From positions 1 through 39,764 of the forward strand of contig JBHIDB010000003.1 of assembly GCA_046759865.1 (NCBI GenBank): a DNA stretch of 39,764 bases, in the 5' to 3' direction. A program made the position numbers and the translations under genes. Of the stretch, positions 27,702 to 35,998 are shown piece after piece (position 1 is the stretch's first letter; each line of letters opens with the position of its first letter). This DNA comes from Thermoplasmata archaeon. Lineage in GTDB: Archaea > Thermoplasmatota > Thermoplasmata > RBG-16-68-12 > JAJISG01. Under the pieces are notes generated by a model. The model was given only the letters and a program-made list of their open reading frames with translations. It was not told the DNA's origin and ran no database searches.

Positions 27702-29282
27702 ATGGACGCTCGAGGGATACCAGAGGACTTGCTTGCCTTCTTCCGGGGGACGGGAGGCCACTCCCTTATCGTCAAGGGCTCGGCGGGGACAGGCAAGACG
27801 ACCCTTGCCCTCCAACTCATCGAGGAGCTCAACGACATCCCCGGGTCCTACTATCTCAGCCTTCGGGTCTCCGACACCTCCCTCTACCGGCAGTTCCCGT
27901 GGCTCCAAGCGAAAGTGCGAGAATCCGAATTGATGAAAATCGGGCAGCGCTTCCTGCGAAGCTTCGACGAGTTGAGCGACGAGGAACAGGAGCGGATCCG
28001 CCAGGCACGGAGTCTCCTCCGGGAAGTCTCCGAGGACGAGGTCCGCGTGAGCCGCGTCGACCGAACGGAGCTGAACAAGCTCGAAGGGCGCGTCGAGATG
28101 GGGCAGGAGGGCGGTGACATCTACGAAGGGGTGGAAGGGGGGGAGGTGACGGACGAGGGAGTTATCTTCGACCTCCACTCCGACCTGCCGGAGATGGACA
28201 TCGCGTACGAGGCGGTGGATAAGAATCTCCCCCAGAAGAGCCTCCTGGTCATCGACAGCATCGACGCGCTCAGCGAGCGGTATGGCATCCACCCCGCGAA
28301 GCTCATCAACACGATTCAGAAGGACTTGGTGGAGAACAGCAACACCAACGTGGTGTACATCCTAGAGCAGGGCGGCATTACGAAGCTGGACTACCTCGGC
28401 GACGGGGTGGTGGACATGCGTGACGTGGAGGTCAGGAGCCGACGGCTCCGTCTCATCGCCGTGGAGAAGCTGCGGGGCCGGGAGATTGCGCAGCACAAGC
28501 ACGTAATCACTCTGAAGGACGGACGGATCACGGCCTTCCCTCAGCGTCCCCCCGCAGGCCCCGGCAGGCGTCGCCGCTGGAAGGCTCGGAGCGACCTCGG
28601 GAAGCGTCTTTCCACCGGACACGAGGACCTCGATGCCCTCATCGGCGGGTTGGAGCGGGGCGGCGTTCTTGCCCTCCAGACGGACGCGCGGGTCCCGGAC
28701 GCCTTCGTGGACCCGCTCCTCATCGGCTTCGTCTCGAACTTCATGAGGAAACGACGGGGGGTGGCGTACGTCCCTCCCCGCAAGGTGGCGGCCGACGACG
28801 TTCGGGAGGCCCTCAAGCCCTACGTGGGAGCCCCTGCCCTCGACCGCTACCTCAAGGTTTTCGAGGCAGCCCCCCTGGGGACCCTCGAAAGCAGCACCGC
28901 TGCCCTCCAGATGGAGGGAGCCGACGTGGAAACGGATCTGCGGTGGAGCACGATTCAGTACCATCTCGCGGAGGCACGCCCGCCCCTCCTCTCCCTCCTG
29001 GCGTTCGACACCTTGGAGGCCGTCTACGGGCCGGATGTAGCCTCTCGGCTGACAGGACACCTCGCCGCGATTCGCAAGTCCAAGGACGTGTTCGTTGGCC
29101 TCACCGCTGCCGACTCCCCCTCCGCCGAGGCCTTGGCGAACCTCGCCTCCGTCCACATCCGCATCGAGAGTGTAGAGGGCGCCATCCTGCTCTACGGGGA
29201 GAAGCCCTACACCCCCTTTCACAGCCTGTCCTACGACCTGGAAGAGGGCTTCCCCCGGGCGCGTCTCCTCCCCGTCGTCTGA
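27702..29282 (+). CDS. GvpD/RAD55-like duplicated RecA-fold ATPase
   Basis: KGSAGTGKT Walker A, VIDSID, DGVV and EKLRG; degenerate second domain (STG..DLD). Possible in-frame ACG start at 27684. Confidence 0.82.
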   Translation: MDARGIPEDLLAFFRGTGGHSLIVKGSAGTGKTTLALQLIEELNDIPGSYYLSLRVSDTSLYRQFPWLQAKVRESELMKIGQRFLRSFDELSDEEQERIRQARSLLREVSEDEVRVSRVDRTELNKLEGRVEMGQEGGDIYEGVEGGEVTDEGVIFDLHSDLPEMDIAYEAVDKNLPQKSLLVIDSIDALSERYGIHPAKLINTIQKDLVENSNTNVVYILEQGGITKLDYLGDGVVDMRDVEVRSRRLRLIAVEKLRGREIAQHKHVITLKDGRITAFPQRPPAGPGRRRRWKARSDLGKRLSTGHEDLDALIGGLERGGVLALQTDARVPDAFVDPLLIGFVSNFMRKRRGVAYVPPRKVAADDVREALKPYVGAPALDRYLKVFEAAPLGTLESSTAALQMEGADVETDLRWSTIQYHLAEARPPLLSLLAFDTLEAVYGPDVASRLTGHLAAIRKSKDVFVGLTAADSPSAEALANLASVHIRIESVEGAILLYGEKPYTPFHSLSYDLEEGFPRARLLPVV

Positions 29283-29323
29283 CCTTTTCCGGGTCAGAGA
29301 GTCTCAGGCCTGATAACTGAATA

Positions 29324-29338
29324 GAAATAGGTTTAAAT
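29324..29338 (+). promoter_or_regulatory. BRE/TATA promoter (likely leaderless transcript)
   Basis: GAAATAGG-TTTAAAT ending 21 nt before ATG 29360. Confidence 0.6.
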
Positions 29339-29359
29339 TGACCTTCGCAACCAACCCCG

Positions 29360-29701
29360 ATGCGGGAGAAGGATATTTCGCGTCTCCTAACGGATGATTA
29401 TGCGGAACGGATTCTCGTCGCAACCCATCAACGCGCAAAATCCGTCCAGGAGATCAGCGATCGGTACGACATCCCTATCGCGGCCTGCTATCGCAAGGTC
29501 CACGAGCTCGAGGATGCCGGCTTTCTCCGTTGCTCCCGTATCGTCACCACCCCCAAGGGCAAGGCCATGAAGCTCTACCAGGCCACCCTGAAGAAGGCCC
29601 AACTGCGGTTCGAGTCAGGCTCCTTCCAGGTCCGCTTCGAGTTCGACCACGAATCCCAGATGAACGGGAGGTGGATCGAGCTCAACTCCGCGTTGAACTG
29701 A
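29360..29701 (+). CDS. Winged-HTH (ArsR-like) transcription regulator
   Basis: LLTDDYAERIL...SVQEIS...IPIAACYRKVHELE. Confidence 0.85.
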   Translation: MREKDISRLLTDDYAERILVATHQRAKSVQEISDRYDIPIAACYRKVHELEDAGFLRCSRIVTTPKGKAMKLYQATLKKAQLRFESGSFQVRFEFDHESQMNGRWIELNSALN

Positions 29702-29820
29702 CCGACCCCCACTTTTCATTGCCCTCCCTCCGCCTCAAGCCGACCGCTCGACTGGGCGGGAAGGGTTAATTAGGCGCCGCCTGCCTATTCTTCCCTGAGA
29801 CCTTTCCGAGGTACCTTCCC

Positions 29821-30738
29821 GTGCTTTACGACGTCATCATCCTAGGATCCGGCCCCGCCGGACTCACGAGCGCCGTCTATGCCACCCGCGGAAATCTCAA
29901 AACCCTGGTGGTGGCGGGATTCGAATACGGCGGGCAGCTCATGCTCACCACGGACGTGGAGAACTACCCGGGCTTCCCGGACGGCGTCCAAGGCCCCGAC
30001 CTCATGGACCTCATGATCAAGCAGGCCGAGCGGTTCGGAGGGGAGTTTGTCTACGAGAACGCCACGGAGGTTGACTTTGGCGGGAACCCGTTCAAGGTCC
30101 ATGTGGGGGACAAGGTCTACGAGGGCCGGAGCATTATCATCGCCACCGGCGCCTCGGCGAAATGGCTCGGCCTGGAATCGGAGAAGCGCCTCATCGGATA
30201 CGGCGTCTCCAGCTGTGCCACCTGCGACGGCCACTTCTTCCGAGACATGGACCTCGTCGTCGTGGGAGGGGGGGATACGGCCATGGAGGAGGCCCTCTTC
30301 CTGTCCAAGCTGGCGAAGCACGTGACGGTCATCCATCGCCGAGACGAGCTCAAGGCGAGCAAGATAATGGCGGAGCGGGCATTCAAGAACCCGAAGATTG
30401 ACTTCGTCTGGGACACCGTTGTCGTCGAGGTGCTCGGCGAGGAAAAGGTCGCAGGGGTTCGCGTCCAGAACGTGAAGACGAAGGAGACGCGGGACATCCC
30501 CGTACAAGGAGTCTTCATCGCCATCGGCCACGTCCCCAACACGAAGATCTTCGAGGGTCAGATTGATATGGAAAAGGGCTACATCACCGTATACGATTCC
30601 ACCAAGTCCAACGTCGAAGGCGTCTTCGTCGCGGGGGACGTCCATGACTACCGCTACCGCCAGGCGGTCACCGCGGCGGGTTTCGGTTCCATGGCGGCCA
30701 TGGACGCGGAGAAGTGGCTAGAGGCCCAGGACGCGTGA
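29821..30738 (+). CDS. trxB: Thioredoxin-disulfide reductase
   Basis: GSGPAG, CATCDG, GGGDTA, HRR, AGD and RQAVTAAG motifs. Confidence 0.95.
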   Translation: MLYDVIILGSGPAGLTSAVYATRGNLKTLVVAGFEYGGQLMLTTDVENYPGFPDGVQGPDLMDLMIKQAERFGGEFVYENATEVDFGGNPFKVHVGDKVYEGRSIIIATGASAKWLGLESEKRLIGYGVSSCATCDGHFFRDMDLVVVGGGDTAMEEALFLSKLAKHVTVIHRRDELKASKIMAERAFKNPKIDFVWDTVVVEVLGEEKVAGVRVQNVKTKETRDIPVQGVFIAIGHVPNTKIFEGQIDMEKGYITVYDSTKSNVEGVFVAGDVHDYRYRQAVTAAGFGSMAAMDAEKWLEAQDA

Positions 30739-30802
30739 GGCGAGTCGCCCCGGTAGGCCTTCATGGCGCCCCGGAAGAGGACCGGGCGGTGGGTTCAGAG
30801 GG

Positions 30803-31108
30803 ATGAAGCGCGAGGTCACGCTAGCGCGAACCGACGAGCTGCGGCCGGGCGAGGCACGGGTCGTGGAACGGGAGGGCCTCTTCCTTGCTCTCTACAACGT
30901 CGACGGGACCTTCTACGTCACGGACAACACGTGCTTGCATCGTGGTGGGCCTCTGGGTGACGGGTTCCTGGAGAGGACGGTCATCACATGCCCTTGGCAT
31001 GGGTGGCAGTACGACGTGCGAACGGGGGAAAATCTCGGGAGCCAGAAGCTCCGGGTGAACACCTACCCGGTCGTTGTGGAGAACGGAGAAGTCAAGATCC
31101 AACTCTGA
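30803..31108 (+). CDS. Rieske [2Fe-2S] ferredoxin
   Basis: CLH...CPWH ligand pattern. Confidence 0.92.
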   Translation: MKREVTLARTDELRPGEARVVEREGLFLALYNVDGTFYVTDNTCLHRGGPLGDGFLERTVITCPWHGWQYDVRTGENLGSQKLRVNTYPVVVENGEVKIQL

Positions 31109-31158
31109 CGGCGCGGGATGTCTGGACGAGGATCAGGATTCCGTTGCGACTGCCTCAA

Positions 31159-31420
31159 TCACCGGACATCGTAGGTGATCTTCACGCGTGCCTCGTGGAG
31201 CATGACGCGAATGGAGCAGTACTTCTCGGCCAAGGCGACCTCCCGCTAAGCCGCGCCTCATTCAGGCCCTCACCGGCGATCTCGTAGGCAAGGGGAATGT
31301 CGGAGTACACCTTCGGCTCCACCTCCGTCTCCTCCGCGACCAGCTCGAGTTGAATCTCCTCCCACTCGATTTTCATCAGACGGATGTCGTGTTTGAGAGT
31401 CGCGACGACCAACCGGCCAT
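31159..31420 (-). pseudogene. OsmC/YhfA-family remnant, frameshifted and N-terminally truncated
   Basis: EPKVYSDIPLAYEIAGEGLNEARL, frame change near 31245, then VALAEKYCSIRVML...KITYDVR*. Confidence 0.7.
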
Positions 31421-31459
31421 CCGACCAACCGGAGCTACCGGCCCTGACTTTCACGGCTC

Positions 31460-31545
31460 CTAGGCCTCTTCGCCGTGTACCTCGGCCCGATGCTTTTTGA
31501 ACTCTTCCTAGGACCCGAAGCCCATCCCATAGAACTCGGACCCGC
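31460..31545 (-). pseudogene. Degenerate C2H2 zinc-finger microprotein copy
   Basis: FYGMGFGS*EEFKKHRAEVHGEEA* mirrors CCGVEYRTTRDYRLHKSEVHGE of the neighbouring gene; in-frame TAG at 31508-31510. Confidence 0.5.
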
Positions 31546-31637
31546 CCACGGGGTAACACTTCGGGACCTCCTAGTCAAGTCCCCGGTTGGAGGGTTCAAA
31601 GCGGGGGGTGGGCCAAGGGGCACCCGAAAGCAGCGTT

Positions 31638-31814
31638 CTAGGCCTTTGTGGAGTGGACTTCGATCCGATGCTCGTCGAGCTCCTCGGCCGTTTCATACAG
31701 AATATTGCAATCCCCGCAATCGTAGATGTGCTCGCCGTGCACCTCGGACTTGTGCAACCTGTAGTCCCGGGTCGTCCTGTACTCCACCCCGCAGCATGAG
31801 AGGTACTCGCGCAT
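31638..31814 (-). CDS. Tandem C2H2 zinc-finger microprotein, 58 aa
   Basis: MREYLSCCGVEYRTTRDYRLHKSEVHGEHIYDCGDCNILYETAEELDEHRIEVHSTKA*. TTTATG TATA-like box about 25 nt upstream. Confidence 0.75.
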   Translation of the reverse strand: MREYLSCCGVEYRTTRDYRLHKSEVHGEHIYDCGDCNILYETAEELDEHRIEVHSTKA

Positions 31815-31995
31815 GTGACGTGAAGTATCCCGCCCCCCATAAACTCCCTCCGTGCCCCGCCGACTTGACGGACTCCGCCTCGTGCAGATGTGGGGCCCTT
31901 CGTTCCCATCGCGTGATAATTAGACCGGAACGCTTAAATATCGAATACCAGCATCCGCCGTTTCCCTCATGGATGGGATGGTGGAGAGAGGGCCG

Positions 31996-32343
31996 ATGAA
32001 TCCTCTGCAAGCCTCACAGCTTCTCACAGACGAATACAGCGCGAAGATCCTTCTAGCCACCTACAAGCGAAAGATCAGCGCCCAGGAGATCAGCGCCCGG
32101 TATGGCATCCCCATCGCAGCCTGCTACCGGAAGATTCGAGTCCTCGAGGAGGCTGGGCTCATTGAGTGTGTCGATCGGGTCCTCACGCAGAAGGGGAAGC
32201 GCAAGAACCTCTACACCTCGAAGCTGCGGAACGCCTACATCTTCTTCGAGAGCGGACGACTACGGGCCCGCTTCCAACTCATCACCGGGGTCGTCAGGGA
32301 CTTTGGCGGCGACTGGACCGGCGTGGACGTACTCGAAGAGTAG
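31996..32343 (+). CDS. Winged-HTH regulator, paralog of 29360-29701
   Basis: LLTDEYSAKIL...IPIAACYRKIRVLE. ATG 31996 after an SD; CTTAAATA at 31933-31940. Confidence 0.85.
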   Translation: MNPLQASQLLTDEYSAKILLATYKRKISAQEISARYGIPIAACYRKIRVLEEAGLIECVDRVLTQKGKRKNLYTSKLRNAYIFFESGRLRARFQLITGVVRDFGGDWTGVDVLEE

Positions 32344-32444
32344 GCCCCGTGGGTTCGACCCACCCCCCACTTCACGCGCGTGATTCTCTGTCTTGATAAC
32401 AGGGTCTGACCCTTTAAGTACGCTCAAGACCAGACGATTTCCTC

Positions 32445-32567
32445 ATGAGGATACGCTTCCGGAAGATCCTCCCAGACGGTCGGAGCGTCCGGTTCGAGAA
32501 GGAGAAGGACACCCTGACTCTGAACATCATCGTCTGGAAGGACCGAGTCCGAAGCGGCGCGAGCTGA
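32445..32567 (+). CDS. Basic microprotein, 40 aa
   Basis: MRIRFRKILPDGRSVRFEKEKDTLTLNIIVWKDRVRSGAS*. TTTAAGTA box 24 nt upstream. Confidence 0.5.
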   Translation: MRIRFRKILPDGRSVRFEKEKDTLTLNIIVWKDRVRSGAS

Positions 32568-32769
32568 ACTCCGGCGGACGTTCGCCCGCCTGCCCGGCTA
32601 AGGGTCGAAATCCTGACCGGGTTCGTCCCGCCTCTCCTTCCTCGCCGATGGCGTTTTCACCGACACAACTCCCTTCTTGGTACCGTCCCGTGCGGTCTCC
32701 TCCGACGGGGGCCGCGAGCCAAAGAGTGAACCGTCGATGCTCGCGGAATACCGGGGGGAACCTTTGGTC

Positions 32770-33453
32770 CTATGGCCCTGAACCCCCCTCGGTGCCCGGG
32801 GCGAGGAGATACCCGTCGCCCTTCCTGCCCGCCGTGCCGGCTTGTGCGAGCTCCTTGAGAGTGTCCTCGATGAGATCGGGTGCGAGATCGAGTTGGAAGC
32901 CAGATTGGAGAGCATCCTTGATCTCCGCAACGGGCCGTGCGGTTCCGTCAAGGGCCTTTGGGACGATGGTGCGCAGGTCTTCGTGCAGATTCCAGGGGAA
33001 GATGAACCAAGCCCACTCCTCCTTCGGAACCTCGACCTCGTAGAAATCGGGGGTGAACTTCGAGTGGGTGATGTGCAGCACGGTGGCGCTGCGGAGCTGA
33101 GAAGGGCTGGCTTCGGCCACGTGCTGCATGGCGAGGGCGAGGCTTTCCCCGGTGTCCGTGATGTCGTCCACAAGGAGGACCCTGTTCTCGGAGATGTCGA
33201 CAGTGAGTCCCTGGACGAGACGCGCCTTGCCGTCCGGCTGCGCCGTGACGCCCCAGTGTTCGACCTTGACGGCGTAGAGCCGTTTGATCGCGAGTAGGTC
33301 GCATAGGAGTCGCGCAGGGAGCCACCCGCCCCGGGTCAGCCCAACGATCACATCGGGGTCGAAGTCACTCTCCCTGATCTTCGCCCCCAGACCGAAGGCC
33401 CAGGTCGCGATCTCGTCCCAGGTTACGATCCGGCATCGAAAGGTGTCGTCCAT
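32770..33453 (-). CDS. Type I purine phosphoribosyltransferase (xanthine/guanine/hypoxanthine-like)
   Basis: TRGG, LLVDDITDTGES and WFIFPW motifs. Confidence 0.9.
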   Translation of the reverse strand: MDDTFRCRIVTWDEIATWAFGLGAKIRESDFDPDVIVGLTRGGWLPARLLCDLLAIKRLYAVKVEHWGVTAQPDGKARLVQGLTVDISENRVLLVDDITDTGESLALAMQHVAEASPSQLRSATVLHITHSKFTPDFYEVEVPKEEWAWFIFPWNLHEDLRTIVPKALDGTARPVAEIKDALQSGFQLDLAPDLIEDTLKELAQAGTAGRKGDGYLLAPGTEGGSGP

Positions 33454-33490
33454 GGTGTCGTCCTCGGGCCTGAGAGTTCTGCCGCGCGCC

Positions 33491-34300
33491 TCAGACCTCC
33501 GCGCCCTCGAGCGCCCTCGCGCAGACGCATCCGCGCTCTTCGGGGATGGTGGGCACCGCCTTCGCAAGCAACGCCTGCGACTTGCTCTGGTTCTCGGCGA
33601 GGGTCTTCATGATCCCCGGGACCTCCACCGGTTTCTCCGCCCAGACGTCGTAGTCCGTGACCATGGCGATGCCGAGGTAGCAGACCTCCATCTCCCGCGC
33701 GAGCTGTGCCTCCGGGCAAGCCGTCATCCCGATGATCTCCGCGAATTGGCGAAACATCCGGCTCTCCGCTCGGGTAGAGAAACGCGGGCCCTCGATGCAC
33801 GCGTAAGTGCCTTTGTCGTGAACGGGAAGGTTTAGCTTCCGTGCGTGGGCCGCAAAGTGAGTGCGCAGGGTCGGGCAGAACGGGTCGGCGAGGGAGACGT
33901 GGACGGTCTTCCCCTCGTCGTAGAACGTGTAGGTTCGGGTCTTCGTGTAGTCGATGAATTGGTCTGGGAAGACGAAATCGCCCGGCCTGTACTCCTCCCT
34001 TAGCGAGCCCACCGCGGACGGGGAGACGATTCGGCGGACGCCCAGGTGGTGCAGGGCCCACACGTTCGCGCGATAGTTGATAGAGTGCGGCGGGATGGTG
34101 TGCCCCTTCCCATGCCGGGGGAGGAAGGCGATGGGCGTCCCGTGGAAGTCCCCCAGCTCGATGGGTGCGGAGGGTGGGCCGTATGGCGTGGACACCTCCA
34201 TCGAGCGGACTTCGCTCACCTGTGACGTGTCGTAGACTCCAGTCCCGCCAATGATCCCGATGGGCGCAGAGCCGTCGGCCGTTGGAGCAGCGTGCGGCAT
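33491..34300 (-). CDS. mtnP: S-methyl-5'-thioadenosine phosphorylase
   Basis: IIGGTG, TPYG, PRHG, EGPRFSTRAES, GMT and VTDYD (6-aminopurine-type). Confidence 0.92.
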   Translation of the reverse strand: MPHAAPTADGSAPIGIIGGTGVYDTSQVSEVRSMEVSTPYGPPSAPIELGDFHGTPIAFLPRHGKGHTIPPHSINYRANVWALHHLGVRRIVSPSAVGSLREEYRPGDFVFPDQFIDYTKTRTYTFYDEGKTVHVSLADPFCPTLRTHFAAHARKLNLPVHDKGTYACIEGPRFSTRAESRMFRQFAEIIGMTACPEAQLAREMEVCYLGIAMVTDYDVWAEKPVEVPGIMKTLAENQSKSQALLAKAVPTIPEERGCVCARALEGAEV

Positions 34301-34374
34301 CGGATCCCGGTGGCAAGAAGGGGGCACTTCCTCAAATAGACGGGGGGACCGTGAAGGCAGCGGGTTCGATTGAA

Positions 34375-35439
34375 ATGAAGATAGACAAGAACCTTCTGCT
34401 TGAGCACTTAAGGTCCCTGTACGGCAAGGAGGTGCGCATAGGCGGCCTTTCAGAGATGGGAACCGGCACCCACGGGACCGCCCATCGTGTGGATGCACAT
34501 GTCAAGGGCAGAAAAACCAGCATGGTGCTCAAGAGGCTTCACGGAAACGGGCTTGGTCACGACTATCCGGCGGACAGGGCCCAGGTATTCATGCTCTCCA
34601 TGGACACGTTCAACCGCTTCCCAAGGCACGTCAAGGCCATAGACGTCATCGGCATCGAGGAGGACGGTAGCTGGGTTTCACTTGGGAGAACGCGGGATTT
34701 CCTGTTCCTCATGGAGGCAGCCACTGGGACGCCGTATTTTGACGACCTCGAGCAGATGAGGGGGGGCGAGGGGCTGTCTGGGAAGGACGAATGGAAGGTA
34801 GAGCGCCTTGCCTCCTTTCTTGCAACCATCCACTCCAAACAGCCGAGTTTCTCATCACAAAAGGCCACCCAGATTTACCGCAGGAAAGTACGTGACACCA
34901 TCGGTCACGGGGAGTGCCTGATGGGGGTGATGGATACCTATGTGGATCCCACTTTCATCACCAGAAGGCAGATGTCAGATGTCGCGAAGCGTTGCATCGA
35001 CCACTGGATTCGGATAAGGGACATGGACAGGCTGTGTAGGATACACGGCGATTTTCACCCCGGTAACATCTTCTTTGAGAATAGGAAGCTCACGCTTCTT
35101 GACAGAAGCCGCGGCGAGTTTGGGGAGGCGGCGGACGACATAACCGCGCTTGCCATAAACTACGTCTGGTACTCGCTGATGCACAACGGAAGATTCTCCG
35201 GCCCTTACAGGGAAGCCCTTGATCGGTTCCTTGAAGTATACCTCGAAAAGACAGGCGATGAAGACCTGCTCTCGGTGGTTCAGCCCTTCTTTGCCTTCCG
35301 GGGCGTCGTAGTAGCAAATCCGGCCTTCTATCCGGACGTGCCTGACAACGTGAGACGCAAGCTGATAAGATTTGTGTTGGGAGTGCTCAAGACCTCAAGG
35401 TTCCGGACGACGAGGATCAACGAATACACGAGGGGATAG
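34375..35439 (+). CDS. Aminoglycoside phosphotransferase/choline kinase-fold kinase
   Basis: Gly-rich GTGTHG, VLK, HGDFHPGNI and LDRS motifs. Alternative GTG at 34351. Confidence 0.85.
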   Translation: MKIDKNLLLEHLRSLYGKEVRIGGLSEMGTGTHGTAHRVDAHVKGRKTSMVLKRLHGNGLGHDYPADRAQVFMLSMDTFNRFPRHVKAIDVIGIEEDGSWVSLGRTRDFLFLMEAATGTPYFDDLEQMRGGEGLSGKDEWKVERLASFLATIHSKQPSFSSQKATQIYRRKVRDTIGHGECLMGVMDTYVDPTFITRRQMSDVAKRCIDHWIRIRDMDRLCRIHGDFHPGNIFFENRKLTLLDRSRGEFGEAADDITALAINYVWYSLMHNGRFSGPYREALDRFLEVYLEKTGDEDLLSVVQPFFAFRGVVVANPAFYPDVPDNVRRKLIRFVLGVLKTSRFRTTRINEYTRG

Positions 35440-35440
35440 C

Positions 35441-35998
35441 ACGTTCGCCGTATGGATCACGGGTCTCCCAGGAAGCGGCAAGTCAACCATCGCAAGGCAT
35501 CTTTCCTCAGGGCTCAAGAAGCGCGGCATAGGGTTCCAACTCCTCGAGATGGACCGCATCAGGCCGATGCTGACCCCGGAGAAGAGATACACAGAGCAGG
35601 AGCGTGATTTCGCCTACAGGGCGTTGGCAGTCATGGGGGCGCTCCTCGTCGAAAGCGGCACAAATGTCATCATAGACGCAACGGCCCACAGGAAGCGGTG
35701 GAGGGATTTTGCAAGAGAACACATCAGAGATTTCAAAGAGGTATATGTGAGATGTCCGGTTGAGGTCTGCATCGAAAGGGAGGCCAAGAGGAAGTCCACC
35801 GTTGTCCGGCAAGACATCTACAAGGACGCTCTCAAAGACCTCAAAAGGGAAGAGAGGCCAGAGGGGCTCGGCCAGGTCATAGGAGTGGATGTGCCCTACG
35901 AGGAGGGGGAGCCGGACCTTACGGTGGATTCCGACAAGACCGATCCCAAAGAGGCTGCAAGCGCGATAATGGAGATGATTCTGTGGATTACAAGGTAA
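35441..35998 (+). CDS. Adenylyl-sulfate kinase-like P-loop kinase (ACG start proposed; alternative TTG at 35372)
   Basis: FAVWITGLPGSGKST, EVYVRCP.EVC..RE and GVDVPYE motifs. Confidence 0.82.
   Translation, partial: TFAVWITGLPGSGKSTIARHLSSGLKKRGIGFQLLEMDRIRPMLTPEKRYTEQERDFAYRALAVMGALLVESGTNVIIDATAHRKRWRDFAREHIRDFKEVYVRCPVEVCIEREAKRKSTVVRQDIYKDALKDLKREERPEGLGQVIGVDVPYEEGEPDLTVDSDKTDPKEAASAIMEMILWITR

Noticed and set aside
27702-29282. Gas vesicle or circadian clock system
   Set aside because: No gvpA or kaiB-like genes nearby; only the ATPase family is supported.
31508-31510. In-frame TAG as pyrrolysine
   Set aside because: The Cys ligands are also lost and no pyl genes are visible; decay is simpler.
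34280-34282. ACG start for MTAP
   Set aside because: An in-frame ATG at 34300 fits a nearby TATA-like box, and the ACG has no SD.
34375-35439. Aminoglycoside resistance gene
   Set aside because: Only fold-level motifs; the context points to nucleoside metabolism.
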